64,000 nt of DNA from an uncultured Acidobacteriota bacterium (GTDB lineage: Bacteria; Acidobacteriota; Thermoanaerobaculia; Multivoradales; UBA5704). This document shows, piece by piece, positions 38,541 to 51,625 of the stretch. A model generated the notes under the pieces. The model was given only the letters and a program-made list of their open reading frames with translations, searched no databases and had not been told where the DNA came from. The stretch spans positions 4,768,001-4,832,000 of the forward strand of contig CAVYRF010000002.1 of the NCBI GenBank assembly GCA_963770895.1, read 5' to 3'. Each line of letters begins with the position of its first letter. Position 1 is the first letter of the stretch. A program made the position numbers and the translations under genes.

Positions 38541-39421
38541 CGGGGGCGAGGCGCGCCCTGGATCGCGCCGGGATCGCGGCGTTTTTTGCCGCCGACGGCG
38601 GCGGCGCTGCCGGCGACCGCAGGTCGCTGCTGGTGTGCGGCGACAGCGCGCGGGTGTTGACAACCTTTCCGCCGGATACGTTTCAGACGTGCGTCACGTC
38701 GCCGCCCTACTGGTCGCTGCGGGACTATCAGATCGCCGGCCAGATCGGCCTGGAGCGCTCGGTCGGCGCCTACCTGGACCGCCTTGGAAAGGTTTTTTCC
38801 GAGGTGCGGCGGACGTTGCGCGACGATGGGACGCTGTGGGTGAACCTGGGCGATTCCTACACGTCGGGCGGCCGCACCTGGCGGGCGGCCGACAGGAAGA
38901 ACCCGGTGCGGGCGATGCGGACGCGTCCGCCCACGCCTGACGGCTTGAAGCCCAAGGACCTGATCGGCCTGCCCTGGCAGCTCGCCTTTGCGCTCCAGCG
39001 GCAGGGCTGGTACCTGCGCGCGGACATCATCTGGCACAAGCCCAACTGCCAGCCGGAGAGCGTCAAGGACCGGCCGACCCGCTGCCACGAATACCTCTTT
39101 CTGTTCAGCAAGAGCGAGCGCTACCGCTACGACCCGCAGGCGCGCCGCGGGCCGCACGGGCGCAACTTGCGCACGGTCTGGGAGATCCCCACCGAGGCGT
39201 ACCCGGCGGCGCATTTTGCCACCTTCCCGCCGGCGCTCGCGGCGCCCTGCGTGGCCTTGAGCACGGCGCCGGGCGACCTGGTGCTGGACCCGTTCCTGGG
39301 CTCCGGCACCACCGGCCAGGTGGCGCTCCAGACAGGGCGCCGCTTCGTGGGGGTCGAGCTGAATCCCGACTATCTGCAGCTGGCCCAGGAGCGGATGAGC
39401 CAGGCGAACCCGCGCGGCTAG
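38537..39421 (+). CDS. Site-specific DNA methyltransferase (beta class, SPPY type, likely N4-cytosine)
   Basis: Motif IV VTSPPY precedes motif [12 protein letters not shown]; AHFATFP; GTGA overlap with rmuC. Confidence 0.92.
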   Translation: MTGARRALDRAGIAAFFAADGGGAAGDRRSLLVCGDSARVLTTFPPDTFQTCVTSPPYWSLRDYQIAGQIGLERSVGAYLDRLGKVFSEVRRTLRDDGTLWVNLGDSYTSGGRTWRAADRKNPVRAMRTRPPTPDGLKPKDLIGLPWQLAFALQRQGWYLRADIIWHKPNCQPESVKDRPTRCHEYLFLFSKSERYRYDPQARRGPHGRNLRTVWEIPTEAYPAAHFATFPPALAAPCVALSTAPGDLVLDPFLGSGTTGQVALQTGRRFVGVELNPDYLQLAQERMSQANPRG

Positions 39422-39461
39422 TGCCGGAACGCTTGCGCGGCGCGGGTCAGGCCGTCCGGGC

Positions 39462-41021
<1,560 letters not shown>

Positions 41022-41048
41022 CCGGGACCACCTTTCCTTGTCCGCCGC

Positions 41049-43766
<2,718 letters not shown>

Positions 43767-43930
43767 CAGGCTCTCATGAACGGGGAAAAGCGTGGGTGTA
43801 CGTCCCGCAGTGCGCCGCGGTCAGCGGTTCCAACGCCGAGTCTAGCAGAAAGATTCCGCCCTCCCCGCGGCTGGCCTGCAGCTCCGCGGCAAGGCGCGAG
43901 CGGCGGCCGCGCGCGCCTCATCCGGCCGGT

Positions 43931-44197
43931 TCAGCGGTCGTAGTGGCCGCCGATCGCCATGACGTAGATGGCCTCGCCGTCGAAGCGGTAGATCAGCCGA
44001 TCTTTGAGCGAGAGCCGGCGCGACCACAGGCCGGCGAGCGCGTGCTTGAGCGGCTCGGGCTTGCCGGTGCCCTGAGCCGGATCGCCGCGCTGCAGCTCCT
44101 TGAGTTGCCGGCACAGTCCGCGATGGAGCGCCGGATCGCGTCGGCGGAGGTCTTCGTAGCGCTCCCAGGTGTCGCCTTCAAACACGATCGAGCGCAT
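43931..44197 (-). CDS. yoeB: Txe/YoeB family toxin
   Basis: GTGKPEPLKHALAGLWSRRL...RLIY...GHY. Confidence 0.92.
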   Translation of the reverse strand: MRSIVFEGDTWERYEDLRRRDPALHRGLCRQLKELQRGDPAQGTGKPEPLKHALAGLWSRRLSLKDRLIYRFDGEAIYVMAIGGHYDR

Positions 44198-44450
44198 CCA
44201 GTTCCTTGCCGGACGGCCGGTACCCCGCGGCCGCCTGGTGCGTCTGCAAGGAGCGTTCGATCTGCTTCATCAAGGACGGGTTCTGCAAGACGTACAGCGT
44301 CTCTTGCTCACGCTCCCAGTCCTCGGCGCTGACGACGACGAAGTCCTGGCCGCCGCGCCGCCGGACGCGCAGGGGGGTGTGATCGCCCACGACCTTTTCG
44401 ACTGCGTCCCGCAGACGGCTGCGGAATTCAGCGACCGAGATCTCACGCAT
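44178..44450 (-). CDS. yefM: Phd/YefM family antitoxin
   Basis: EFRSRLRDAVEKV...VVVSAEDWEREQETLYVLQNP; overlaps yoeB. Confidence 0.92.
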   Translation of the reverse strand: MREISVAEFRSRLRDAVEKVVGDHTPLRVRRRGGQDFVVVSAEDWEREQETLYVLQNPSLMKQIERSLQTHQAAAGYRPSGKELDALDRV

Positions 44451-44457
44451 GCTGCGA

Positions 44458-44477
44458 ATTGTACCAGCTTCCGGTAC
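44458..44477 (-). promoter_or_regulatory. yefM-yoeB -10 box with an overlapping palindromic operator
   Basis: TACAAT 7 nt before the yefM ATG, overlapped by the inverted repeat GTACC-N7-GGTAC (44461-44477). Confidence 0.6.
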
Positions 44478-44504
44478 GCCGTGCGGCGCCCGCGCTGGGA
44501 AGGG

Positions 44505-45392
44505 CTAGGAGGGGCCGGCGGAGTCGTTGAGGATGTAGGCGACGGGGTTGACGGGGACGCCGTCGACGCGGACTTCGTAGTGGAGGTGGGCGCCGGTGGA
44601 GTGGCCGGTGGAGCCGATGCGGCCGATGAGATCGCCGCGGTGGACGCGCTGGCCGGGGCGGACGTCGATTTCAGAGAGGTGGCCGTAGCGGGTGCTGAGG
44701 CCGTAGCCGTGCGCCAGGTAGATGGCCTCGCCGTAGCCGTTGGCGGTGCCGGCCAACATGACCAGGCCGTCGGCGGCGGCGTAGACGGGCTGGCCGGCGG
44801 CGGCGGCGATGTCGACGCCCTGGTGGACGCCGGGCTCATGCGACATGGGGTCGTTGCGGGCGCCGAAGCCGCTGGTGAAGATGCCGCGGGCGGGGGCGAT
44901 CGTGGGCGTCGAGGAGATCCAGCGGACGCGCTCTTCGAGCTTGGCTTCGATGGCGTCGAGCAGGCCGCCGACCTGGGCGGCACGGCTGTGCAGGTGCGGC
45001 AGATCGCCGGCGGCGGTGCTGGCGTCGGCGTCGGTGGGGGGAGTGCCGCCGATGCCGACTTCAGCGCCGCTGCCCAGGCTTTCGAGGCCGGCCATGATCG
45101 CGAGCTGGCGGGTGCGGTCCTCGGACGAGGCGAGCTTGGTCTGCAGGCTCTTGAGGCTGGATTCGAAGCCCTGATTGACCTGGCGCAGGCGCGAGTTCTC
45201 GCTGCGCAGGCGGGTCATCTCGGCGGGGCTGACGGACGTATTGAAGTGAGACCAGGCGAGCCAGCCGGCAACCAGGGTGAGGGCGATGAAGCCGCCGGAG
45301 GCCAGGGCGATCTGGACGTTGCTGACCTGCCACTTGCGCAGCTTGGCCTGGGCGTGTGGAACGAAGATGACGGTATGGCGCTGTCGTGGCAT
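44505..45392 (-). CDS. M23 family metallopeptidase
   Basis: N-terminal TM, coiled coil, HQGVD (HxxxD), YGHL, TGAHLHYEV (HxH); start uncertain (45392 or 45440). Confidence 0.92.
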   Translation of the reverse strand: MPRQRHTVIFVPHAQAKLRKWQVSNVQIALASGGFIALTLVAGWLAWSHFNTSVSPAEMTRLRSENSRLRQVNQGFESSLKSLQTKLASSEDRTRQLAIMAGLESLGSGAEVGIGGTPPTDADASTAAGDLPHLHSRAAQVGGLLDAIEAKLEERVRWISSTPTIAPARGIFTSGFGARNDPMSHEPGVHQGVDIAAAAGQPVYAAADGLVMLAGTANGYGEAIYLAHGYGLSTRYGHLSEIDVRPGQRVHRGDLIGRIGSTGHSTGAHLHYEVRVDGVPVNPVAYILNDSAGPS

Positions 45393-45469
45393 AAGGGCAG
45401 CTTCCGGAAGCGGCGCGGTTCCGGCCTTCAACGAAGCCAAGTTGCAACGATCCAGGTGTGGCGGGGTGT

Positions 45470-45498
45470 ATTCTGGGTAGAGCGAACCTGCCTGTCAA
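45470..45498 (-). promoter_or_regulatory. Sigma70-type promoter upstream of the M23 gene
   Basis: TTGACA-17-CAGAAT on the minus strand. Confidence 0.6.
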
Positions 45499-45636
45499 CC
45501 TTACAGGAAAATATGGTGCAGTGGCATTCGAAAGTGCTGCTTAGGCGCTATCGCAGCAGCTATTCGCGCGGTTGCTTGCGATGCGGTTCGCCCATACTAC
45601 TTCAGTCCGGCACCGCGTTGACGCCTGGCTGCCGCT

Positions 45637-47013
45637 TCAGGCGGCGGCCGCCGGCAGCTCCTTGACCATGGCGCCGACGAAGGCCTTGGCGTCGCCGAAC
45701 AGCATCATCGTCTTGTCCATGTAGTACAGCTCGTTGTCGATGCCGGCAAAGCCGGGGCTCATGCCGCGCTTGATGACCATCACCGTGCGCGCGCGGTCGA
45801 CTTCGATGATCGGCATGCCGTAGATCGGGCTGGTGCGGTCGTGGCGGGCGGCGGGGTTGGTGACGTCGTTGGCGCCGATGACCAGGGCCACGTCGGCCTG
45901 CGGCATGTCGGAGTTGCTGTCTTCCATTTCAAGCAGCTTGTCGTAAGGGACGTCGGCTTCGGCCAGCAGCACGTTCATGTGGCCGGGCATGCGGCCGGCC
46001 ACCGGGTGGATGGCGAAGCGGACGTCGACGCCGCGCCGGGTCAGGGCGTCGTACAGCTCGCGCACCTTGTGCTGCGCCTGCGCCACCGCCATGCCGTAGC
46101 CCGGCACCACGTAGACCAGGCGGGCGCCGTCCAGGATCGCCGCCGCCTCTTCGGGCGTGGCGCTGCGCGCGGTGCGCTGCTCGGTGGCGCCGGCTGCCAC
46201 CGTCTGCACCTGGCCGAAGGCGCCGAACAGGACGTTGGTGAAGGAGCGGTTCATGGCGCGGCACATGATGATGGAGAGGATGAAGCCGGAGGAACCGTCG
46301 AGCGCGCCGGCGATCATCAGCAGCTTGTTGTTGAGCACGAACCCCATGGCGACCGCCGACATGCCGGCGTAGGAGTTGAGCAGCGAGATCACCGTCGGCA
46401 TGTCGGCGCCGCCGATCGGCACGATGAGCAGCACGCCGAAGGTCAGCGCCAGGGCGATGAACACCGGGAACAGCCAGCTGGTTTCGGGCGACACCATCAG
46501 CACGATGCCGCAGGCGATGGCGACCGCGAGCAGCGCCAGGTTGACCAGGTTCTGATTGCGGTAGGTGATGGGGCGCGTCGGCAGGATCTCCTGGAGCTTG
46601 CCGAAGGCCATCAGGCTGCCGGTGAAGGTGAGCGCGCCCAGCAGCACTTCCAGGATCAGCGCCACCATGGCAAAGCCGTGCGGTGTTTCGCGGTAGTACT
46701 CGGCGGTGCCCACCAGGGCGGCGGCCAGGGCGCCGAAGGCGTGCGACAGCGCGGTCCGCTGCGGCACCGCCGTCATCGGCATCAGGTACGCGAGCGGCAC
46801 GCCGATGGCGGTGCCCAGGAAGAGCGCGGCGATGATCCACTGGTATTCGACGACTTCCTGGCGCAGCAGGGTGCCGACCACGGCGAGCAGCATGCCGACT
46901 TCGCCGGCGACGACGCCGCGGCGGGCGGTGGCAGGGGTGTTGAGCCACTTGAGCGCCAGGATGAACAGCGCTGCCGCGGCGATGTAGACCGGAGCCAGGA
47001 CCTGGGCGCTCAT
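45637..47013 (-). CDS. pntB: NAD(P) transhydrogenase subunit beta
   Basis: PIGGADMP, CRAMNRS, VPGYGMAVAQAQH, HPVAGRMPGHMNVLLAE; ATG 47013 overlaps the upstream stop. Confidence 0.97.
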   Translation of the reverse strand: MSAQVLAPVYIAAAALFILALKWLNTPATARRGVVAGEVGMLLAVVGTLLRQEVVEYQWIIAALFLGTAIGVPLAYLMPMTAVPQRTALSHAFGALAAALVGTAEYYRETPHGFAMVALILEVLLGALTFTGSLMAFGKLQEILPTRPITYRNQNLVNLALLAVAIACGIVLMVSPETSWLFPVFIALALTFGVLLIVPIGGADMPTVISLLNSYAGMSAVAMGFVLNNKLLMIAGALDGSSGFILSIIMCRAMNRSFTNVLFGAFGQVQTVAAGATEQRTARSATPEEAAAILDGARLVYVVPGYGMAVAQAQHKVRELYDALTRRGVDVRFAIHPVAGRMPGHMNVLLAEADVPYDKLLEMEDSNSDMPQADVALVIGANDVTNPAARHDRTSPIYGMPIIEVDRARTVMVIKRGMSPGFAGIDNELYYMDKTMMLFGDAKAFVGAMVKELPAAAA

Positions 47014-47309
47014 GACTTTGCGGCTCCGCGGCGCCGGAACATCTTGAGCATCCGGTCGGTGATCAGAAAGCCGCTGACGATGTTGCAGGTCGAGGCGGTG
47101 ACGGCGATGAAGCCCAGCCACTTGCTCAGCGGCGAAGCGTCCTTGGCGCCGGCGACGAGGATCGCGCCCACCACGGCGATGGCCGAGATGGCGTTGGTCA
47201 GCGACATCAGCGGTGTGTGCAGCAGCGGCGACACCCGCTTGATGACCTCCAGACCGAGGAAGGTCGCCAGCATGAAGACGTAGAGGCCAAGCTCCAGGTC
47301 GCTGTTCAT
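47010..47309 (-). CDS. pntAb: NAD(P) transhydrogenase subunit alpha part 2 (membrane)
   Basis: LHTPLMSLTNAISA, GFLITDRMLKMF; AAGGAGGAG RBS. Confidence 0.95.
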   Translation of the reverse strand: MNSDLELGLYVFMLATFLGLEVIKRVSPLLHTPLMSLTNAISAIAVVGAILVAGAKDASPLSKWLGFIAVTASTCNIVSGFLITDRMLKMFRRRGAAKS

Positions 47310-47383
47310 GACAATGCGCTCCTCCTTTGGGAGATGCGGGGCGGTCGCTGTCGGTGTCGCTGGCGGTGGTCGGCGGCGGGGCG

Positions 47384-48688
47384 TCAGCTGGGCGGCGAGG
47401 CGGGGCCGGGGGCCGCCGTGGCTGCGGTGGTCGCCGGCGGTGCCTGCGGCGGCGGCGCGGCCGGAGCGTCGTGCGGTGCCGGCTGGGCCGCGGTGGCCGG
47501 AGCGGTTGGTGCGGCCGGAGCGGCCGGAGCGGCAAGCGGCTCCAGGCCGAGCAGCGGGCGGACGCGTTGGTGGACGACCTGGCTGTCGCGAGTGACCAGC
47601 GTTTCGCGGGTGATTTCGTCGCCGGCGTCGAGCGGGAGCTTGCCTTCGTGCAGCAGGTGGCTCAGAAAGGTGACGACGTTTTTGGCGTACAGCTGGCTGG
47701 CGTGGTACGGGACGGTCGAGGCCAGGTTGAGCGGTCCCAGGATGGTCACGCCATGGTCGACGACGGTCTCTCCCGGCCGCGTCAGCTCGCAATTGCCGCC
47801 GCGCTCGGCTGCCAGGTCCACGATCACCGACCCCGGCGCCATCCCTGCCACCATCTGCGCGGTGACCAGGACGGGCGCGCGCTTGCCGGGCACCGCCGCG
47901 GTCGAGATCACCACGTCGTGGTCGCGCACCGCGCCGGTCATCAGCTCGCGCTGGCGGCGGTAGAAGTCCGCGTCCATCTCCTTGGCGTAGCCGCCGCGGT
48001 CTTCGGCGCCGCCGCTGTCGAGCGCCAGGGAGAGGAACTTGGCGCCGACGCTTTCCACCTGTTCGCGGGAGGCGGGGCGCACATCGTAAGCGGTGACCAC
48101 GGCGCCCAGACGCCGTGCCGTCGCGGCCGCGAACAGCCCGGCGACGCCGGCGCCGATCACCAGCACGCGGGCCGGCGTCACCGTCCCCGCCGCTGTCATC
48201 AGCAGCGGAAACAGCCGCGGCAGCGCGTCGGCGGCGAGCAGCACCGCCTTGTACCCCGCGATCGTCGCCATCGACGACAGCGCATCCATGCTTTGCGCGC
48301 GGGTGATGCGCGGCATCAGCTCAAGCGCCAGCAGGGTGACGCCGCGCTCCGCCAGCGCCGCCGCCGCCTGCGGCTGGCCCAACGGGTCGGCAAAGCCGAT
48401 GACGATCTGTCCGGCGCGCAACCCGGACAGGTCCGGCACGTCGGCGCTGCCCGGCACGCGCACCTGCACCACCACGTCGGCCGCGGCGAGCAGTTCCGCC
48501 CGCGTCGCCGCCAGCCGCGCCCCCTTGTCCGTGTAGGCGGCGTCGGGATAGCCGGCAGCGCTCCCCGCCCCCGCCTCCACCAGCACCTGGGCCCCGGCCT
48601 TGAGCAGCGGCGCCAACACTCCCGGCACCATGGCGACGCGCCGCTCGCCCGCCGCCGTCTCCTTCGGCACTCCGATGATCAGGCTCAC
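47384..48688 (-). CDS. pntAa: NAD(P) transhydrogenase subunit alpha part 1
   Basis: IGVPKE...ERRVA, RAQSMDALSSM, GAGVAG, GGYAK, DLAAERGGNC; GTG 48688 lies 7 nt after TACAAT. Confidence 0.95.
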   Translation of the reverse strand: MSLIIGVPKETAAGERRVAMVPGVLAPLLKAGAQVLVEAGAGSAAGYPDAAYTDKGARLAATRAELLAAADVVVQVRVPGSADVPDLSGLRAGQIVIGFADPLGQPQAAAALAERGVTLLALELMPRITRAQSMDALSSMATIAGYKAVLLAADALPRLFPLLMTAAGTVTPARVLVIGAGVAGLFAAATARRLGAVVTAYDVRPASREQVESVGAKFLSLALDSGGAEDRGGYAKEMDADFYRRQRELMTGAVRDHDVVISTAAVPGKRAPVLVTAQMVAGMAPGSVIVDLAAERGGNCELTRPGETVVDHGVTILGPLNLASTVPYHASQLYAKNVVTFLSHLLHEGKLPLDAGDEITRETLVTRDSQVVHQRVRPLLGLEPLAAPAAPAAPTAPATAAQPAPHDAPAAPPPQAPPATTAATAAPGPASPPS

Positions 48689-48850
48689 GGCACGCATTGT
48701 ACGACTAAGTTGCTGCCGCGTGAGAAGGGGTTTGCACGGCGGCCGGCGGGCGCGATCGGGGTCGTCGATGGCGGCGCCGGCGCAAGGTCGAAGGCGAGAA
48801 GCCGCGCCCGTCCGCCGGCCGCCCGGCACGTCCGGCGCTTGCCGGATGGC

Positions 48851-50797
48851 TCAGGGGGTGGGGAAGGCGAGGCGGAGGAGGGCGATGCCCAGGGCGCGCG
48901 CGGCGCCGACCATGGCCTGGGGCTTGCGGTCGGTGGTGTTTTCGGGGGTGTCGCCCGAGGCGTGGTAGTAGCGCGAGTAGTCGATCGTCAGGTTGGCGGG
49001 GTCCGGGGTGCCGGGCGACTCCCAGCCGGGGGTCTGGCGCAGATGGCCGGCCTGGTCCCAGGCGGCGGTGTAGACCGTCGTCGCCGGGATGTGGGGGGCG
49101 TCGTCCGGGAGCTCGCCCTGGAAGGCCTGGGGCAGGAAGGCGTACGAATCGGTGCCGCCCTGCGAGGGGTTGGTGGTGTATTCGGGCCAGTAGCCGGGGC
49201 GCCCCACGTAGTCGGCGCCCACCTGGTTGAGCGTGCCCAGGAGGGTGCGGTTCCACGGAATCTCGTTGGATTCGAAGTAGAGCGCGTTGCGCTCCGCGCC
49301 GGTGCCCACCTCGTCGAGGTTGAGCACGCCCAGGCAGTTGCCCAGGCGCTTGCCCTCCCGCGCGACGTAGGCCTCGGACGAGGCGTACTCCGACCCCCAG
49401 ATCGCGAACCGCAGCGCCACGCGCGGCGGCGCCAGGCGGCCTTCGCGGATCAGCAGCGTGTAGGCGCGCGCCAGCTCCAGCACCACCGCATCGCCCGAGC
49501 CGTTGTCGTCGGCGCCGGGCCCGCCGGAGTCCGAGTCGCCGTGGGCGCAGATCAGGTAGTAGTGATCGTTGTCGCGGCCGGGAACGGTCGCGATGACGGT
49601 GCGCGGCTGCCCGCGCCGCACGGTCGAGCGCAACGCCAGGTGCACGCGCGCCCCGTTGCCGGCCGCGGTCAGGCGCTCCCCGTCCTGCCAGGAGACGGCG
49701 AACACCGGAATCGGCCGCTGGGCGACGCCGTTGACGACCTGGGCCCCCGGCGGCGCCGGCAGCGATTCCAGCCGCGCCGAGTCGAGATACCGCCGCCGGT
49801 CGCCGGGAGCGCTGGTCAGGATCGCCAGCGGCCGGTCGGCGCCGGTGGCCAGAGCCGCATAGGCGCCCAGCATGTTGCCGGGCACGAACAGCACCTTGCC
49901 GCGCCATTCGGGGTGCGGCACCATCACCTGGTCCTTGCTGTTGGCCGGTTCGCCGCGCCCGTTGTCGTCGGCAGCGGCGGCGTCGGTCCCCGCGGCGGCG
50001 CCGGCGCCGCCAGCACCGCCGGCACTTGTGCCTCCAGAGCTACCGGCGCTTCCTGCATTGCCGGGACTGCCGGCGCTGCCGGCGCTGGCGGGCGGCGCCG
50101 CGGCCGCGCTCTTGCGTGGCGCCTTGAGGCCGCCGGGCAGCACGACCAGCTGCGCGGTCACCGGTTCCAGCGAGGGAGAAAAGCCGTATGGATAGGCGGT
50201 TGCCAGCTTGCCTCCGGGTTCCAGCTGGACGCTCCAGCTGTCTTCCCAATGCACCGCGTGCGGCGGGTCCTCCACGACCTCGACCGCGACGCCCGCCGTC
50301 TTGAAGGCGGCGGCCAGGTATGCCGCCGCGCGGTCCCCGGAGGGCGTGCCCCCCATGCGCGGGCCGATCTGCACCAGGTCGTGGACGGTCTGCGCCATCC
50401 GCTTGACGTCGATCGCGCCGGCCATCAGCGCCTCCTGCGCCGGGGGAACGAAAGGCTTGGCAGCGGACCGCACGACGAGCGCCGGCGCGGTCGGCGCCGC
50501 GGTCGCAGGAGACGGCGGAGCGGCCGCCGGCGCTGCCGCGGCGGGGGATGCCGGAGCCGCGGATGCCTTGGCAACCGGCGCGGCGGGTGCGGATGCCGAT
50601 GGCGGCGCCGGTTGGGTCGGAGCCGCCGCGGTTGCCAGGACCACCTGCGCGGTGGCGAGCGCCGGTGTCACCAGGGCGGCCCCGGCGCCGGCCAGGAGCG
50701 TGGCGACTGCGCTCCACACGCCGATCAAGACGGAGGTGGAACGGCCCGCGCGGCCGCGCGGTGAACCCTGCACCATGTTGCCTTGGCACTCGATCAT
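48851..50797 (-). CDS. Secreted M28 family peptidase
   Basis: CAHGDS, GADDNGSG, WGSEY, LNLDEVG, YHASGDT; signal-like segment; start may be 50776. Confidence 0.82.
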   Translation of the reverse strand: MIECQGNMVQGSPRGRAGRSTSVLIGVWSAVATLLAGAGAALVTPALATAQVVLATAAAPTQPAPPSASAPAAPVAKASAAPASPAAAAPAAAPPSPATAAPTAPALVVRSAAKPFVPPAQEALMAGAIDVKRMAQTVHDLVQIGPRMGGTPSGDRAAAYLAAAFKTAGVAVEVVEDPPHAVHWEDSWSVQLEPGGKLATAYPYGFSPSLEPVTAQLVVLPGGLKAPRKSAAAAPPASAGSAGSPGNAGSAGSSGGTSAGGAGGAGAAAGTDAAAADDNGRGEPANSKDQVMVPHPEWRGKVLFVPGNMLGAYAALATGADRPLAILTSAPGDRRRYLDSARLESLPAPPGAQVVNGVAQRPIPVFAVSWQDGERLTAAGNGARVHLALRSTVRRGQPRTVIATVPGRDNDHYYLICAHGDSDSGGPGADDNGSGDAVVLELARAYTLLIREGRLAPPRVALRFAIWGSEYASSEAYVAREGKRLGNCLGVLNLDEVGTGAERNALYFESNEIPWNRTLLGTLNQVGADYVGRPGYWPEYTTNPSQGGTDSYAFLPQAFQGELPDDAPHIPATTVYTAAWDQAGHLRQTPGWESPGTPDPANLTIDYSRYYHASGDTPENTTDRKPQAMVGAARALGIALLRLAFPTP

Positions 50798-50893
50798 TGC
50801 AGTGGTCCCCTGGCGGCGACGACCTGGCCGGAACGTGATCTGACGGCGTGAACGGCGCGCGCACAGGCAGCGGCGCGCGCCGGGGTGCGTGCT

Positions 50894-51085
50894 CTAGCGG
50901 TGGTGGTGGCGCCGATGGTGGCGCGGGTGATGGTGGCGCCGCGGATGATGATGGCGCCGGTGGTGGACGCCGATCGAGCGCTCTCCCGGGAAGTGGTGGT
51001 TGACCAGCGACTGGGCTGAGGCGCGGGAGGCCGCGGGAAGCATGCAGATCGCGGCGAGCAGGACGGCAAACAGGACTTTCTTCAC
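50894..51085 (-). CDS. Small secreted His/Arg-rich peptide (63 aa)
   Basis: GGAAGGAG RBS, GTG start, signal KKVLFAVLLAAICMLPAASRASA, tail HHRRHHHPRRHHHPRHHRRHHHR. Confidence 0.75.
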   Translation of the reverse strand: MKKVLFAVLLAAICMLPAASRASAQSLVNHHFPGERSIGVHHRRHHHPRRHHHPRHHRRHHHR

Positions 51086-51176
51086 AAACGCTCCTTCCAA
51101 GGCAGATCCCTGACGAACGACGACGAATCGATGCAAACCCCCAAGCGGGCGTGCCTCCCGTTGAGTCGCGACGGGC

Positions 51177-51431
51177 TCATTGTAATGCTTTGGCAGCATC
51201 CGCTTCAACGAGCGCCGGGAAGCTGAGCGCGGCCGCGGCGCCCGGCGGCGGCCGCGCGGTGTCGCGTTCGGCGTTCTGCTTGATCTGGTCCAGGACCCGG
51301 CGGTGGATGCGGTGAAGGATCATGTCGGACCACAGCCGCCAGTAGGCGGCGGGCACCCGCGTCCCCCAGGCGGCAAGGCCGATCGCCACGACCGCGACGA
51401 CCAGCCATCCAACGATCCCCATGACAGCCAT
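51177..51431 (-). pseudogene. Probable deletion remnant: N-terminal TM joined to the C-terminal helix of a larger protein
   Basis: GGGAGG RBS; MAVMGIVGWLVVAVVAIGLAAWG directly followed by PAAYWRLWSDMILHRIHRRVLDQIK, which I recall as the end of longer SRPBCC-type membrane proteins (unverified). Confidence 0.5.
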
Positions 51432-51442
51432 GGTGGCCTCCC

Positions 51443-51480
51443 AAATTTGAACGAGCTCAATATTGAACGCGTTCAAATTT
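51443..51480. promoter_or_regulatory. Double TetR-type operator
   Basis: 38-bp near-palindrome AAATTTGAACGAGCTCAATATTGAACGCGTTCAAATTT holding two TTGAAC-N2-G(T/C)TCAA boxes, between the divergent TetR and 51431 genes. Confidence 0.75.
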
Positions 51481-51625
51481 AGGATAGGCTGCCGCCGCGG
51501 AGGTGTCAAGAGGAGACTTCTGCTAGCCTCGTTCTGCGCCGGCCCGCCGCGTCCGCGCCCTGGTGGCAGGGTTCCCGGCGACCGGTGCGATGACGGCGCG
51601 GTCAAGGTAGAGGGCGAGAGGTTCG

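Noticed and set aside
38537-39421. MTase as a marker of a prophage or restriction-modification island
   Set aside because: No integrase, phage genes or endonuclease nearby; flanked by core genes rmuC and guaB
45637-48829. Three-gene transhydrogenase as a possible split or frameshifted gene
   Set aside because: The pntAa/pntAb/pntB organisation is well known and each gene has its own start signals
47327-50764. 1145-aa plus-strand ORF, and similar long Arg/Ala/Gly-rich ORFs (818-2962, 5840-8602, 27509-30025, 60116-62989)
   Set aside because: They overlap well-supported genes on the other strand or frame, and their composition is typical of shadow ORFs
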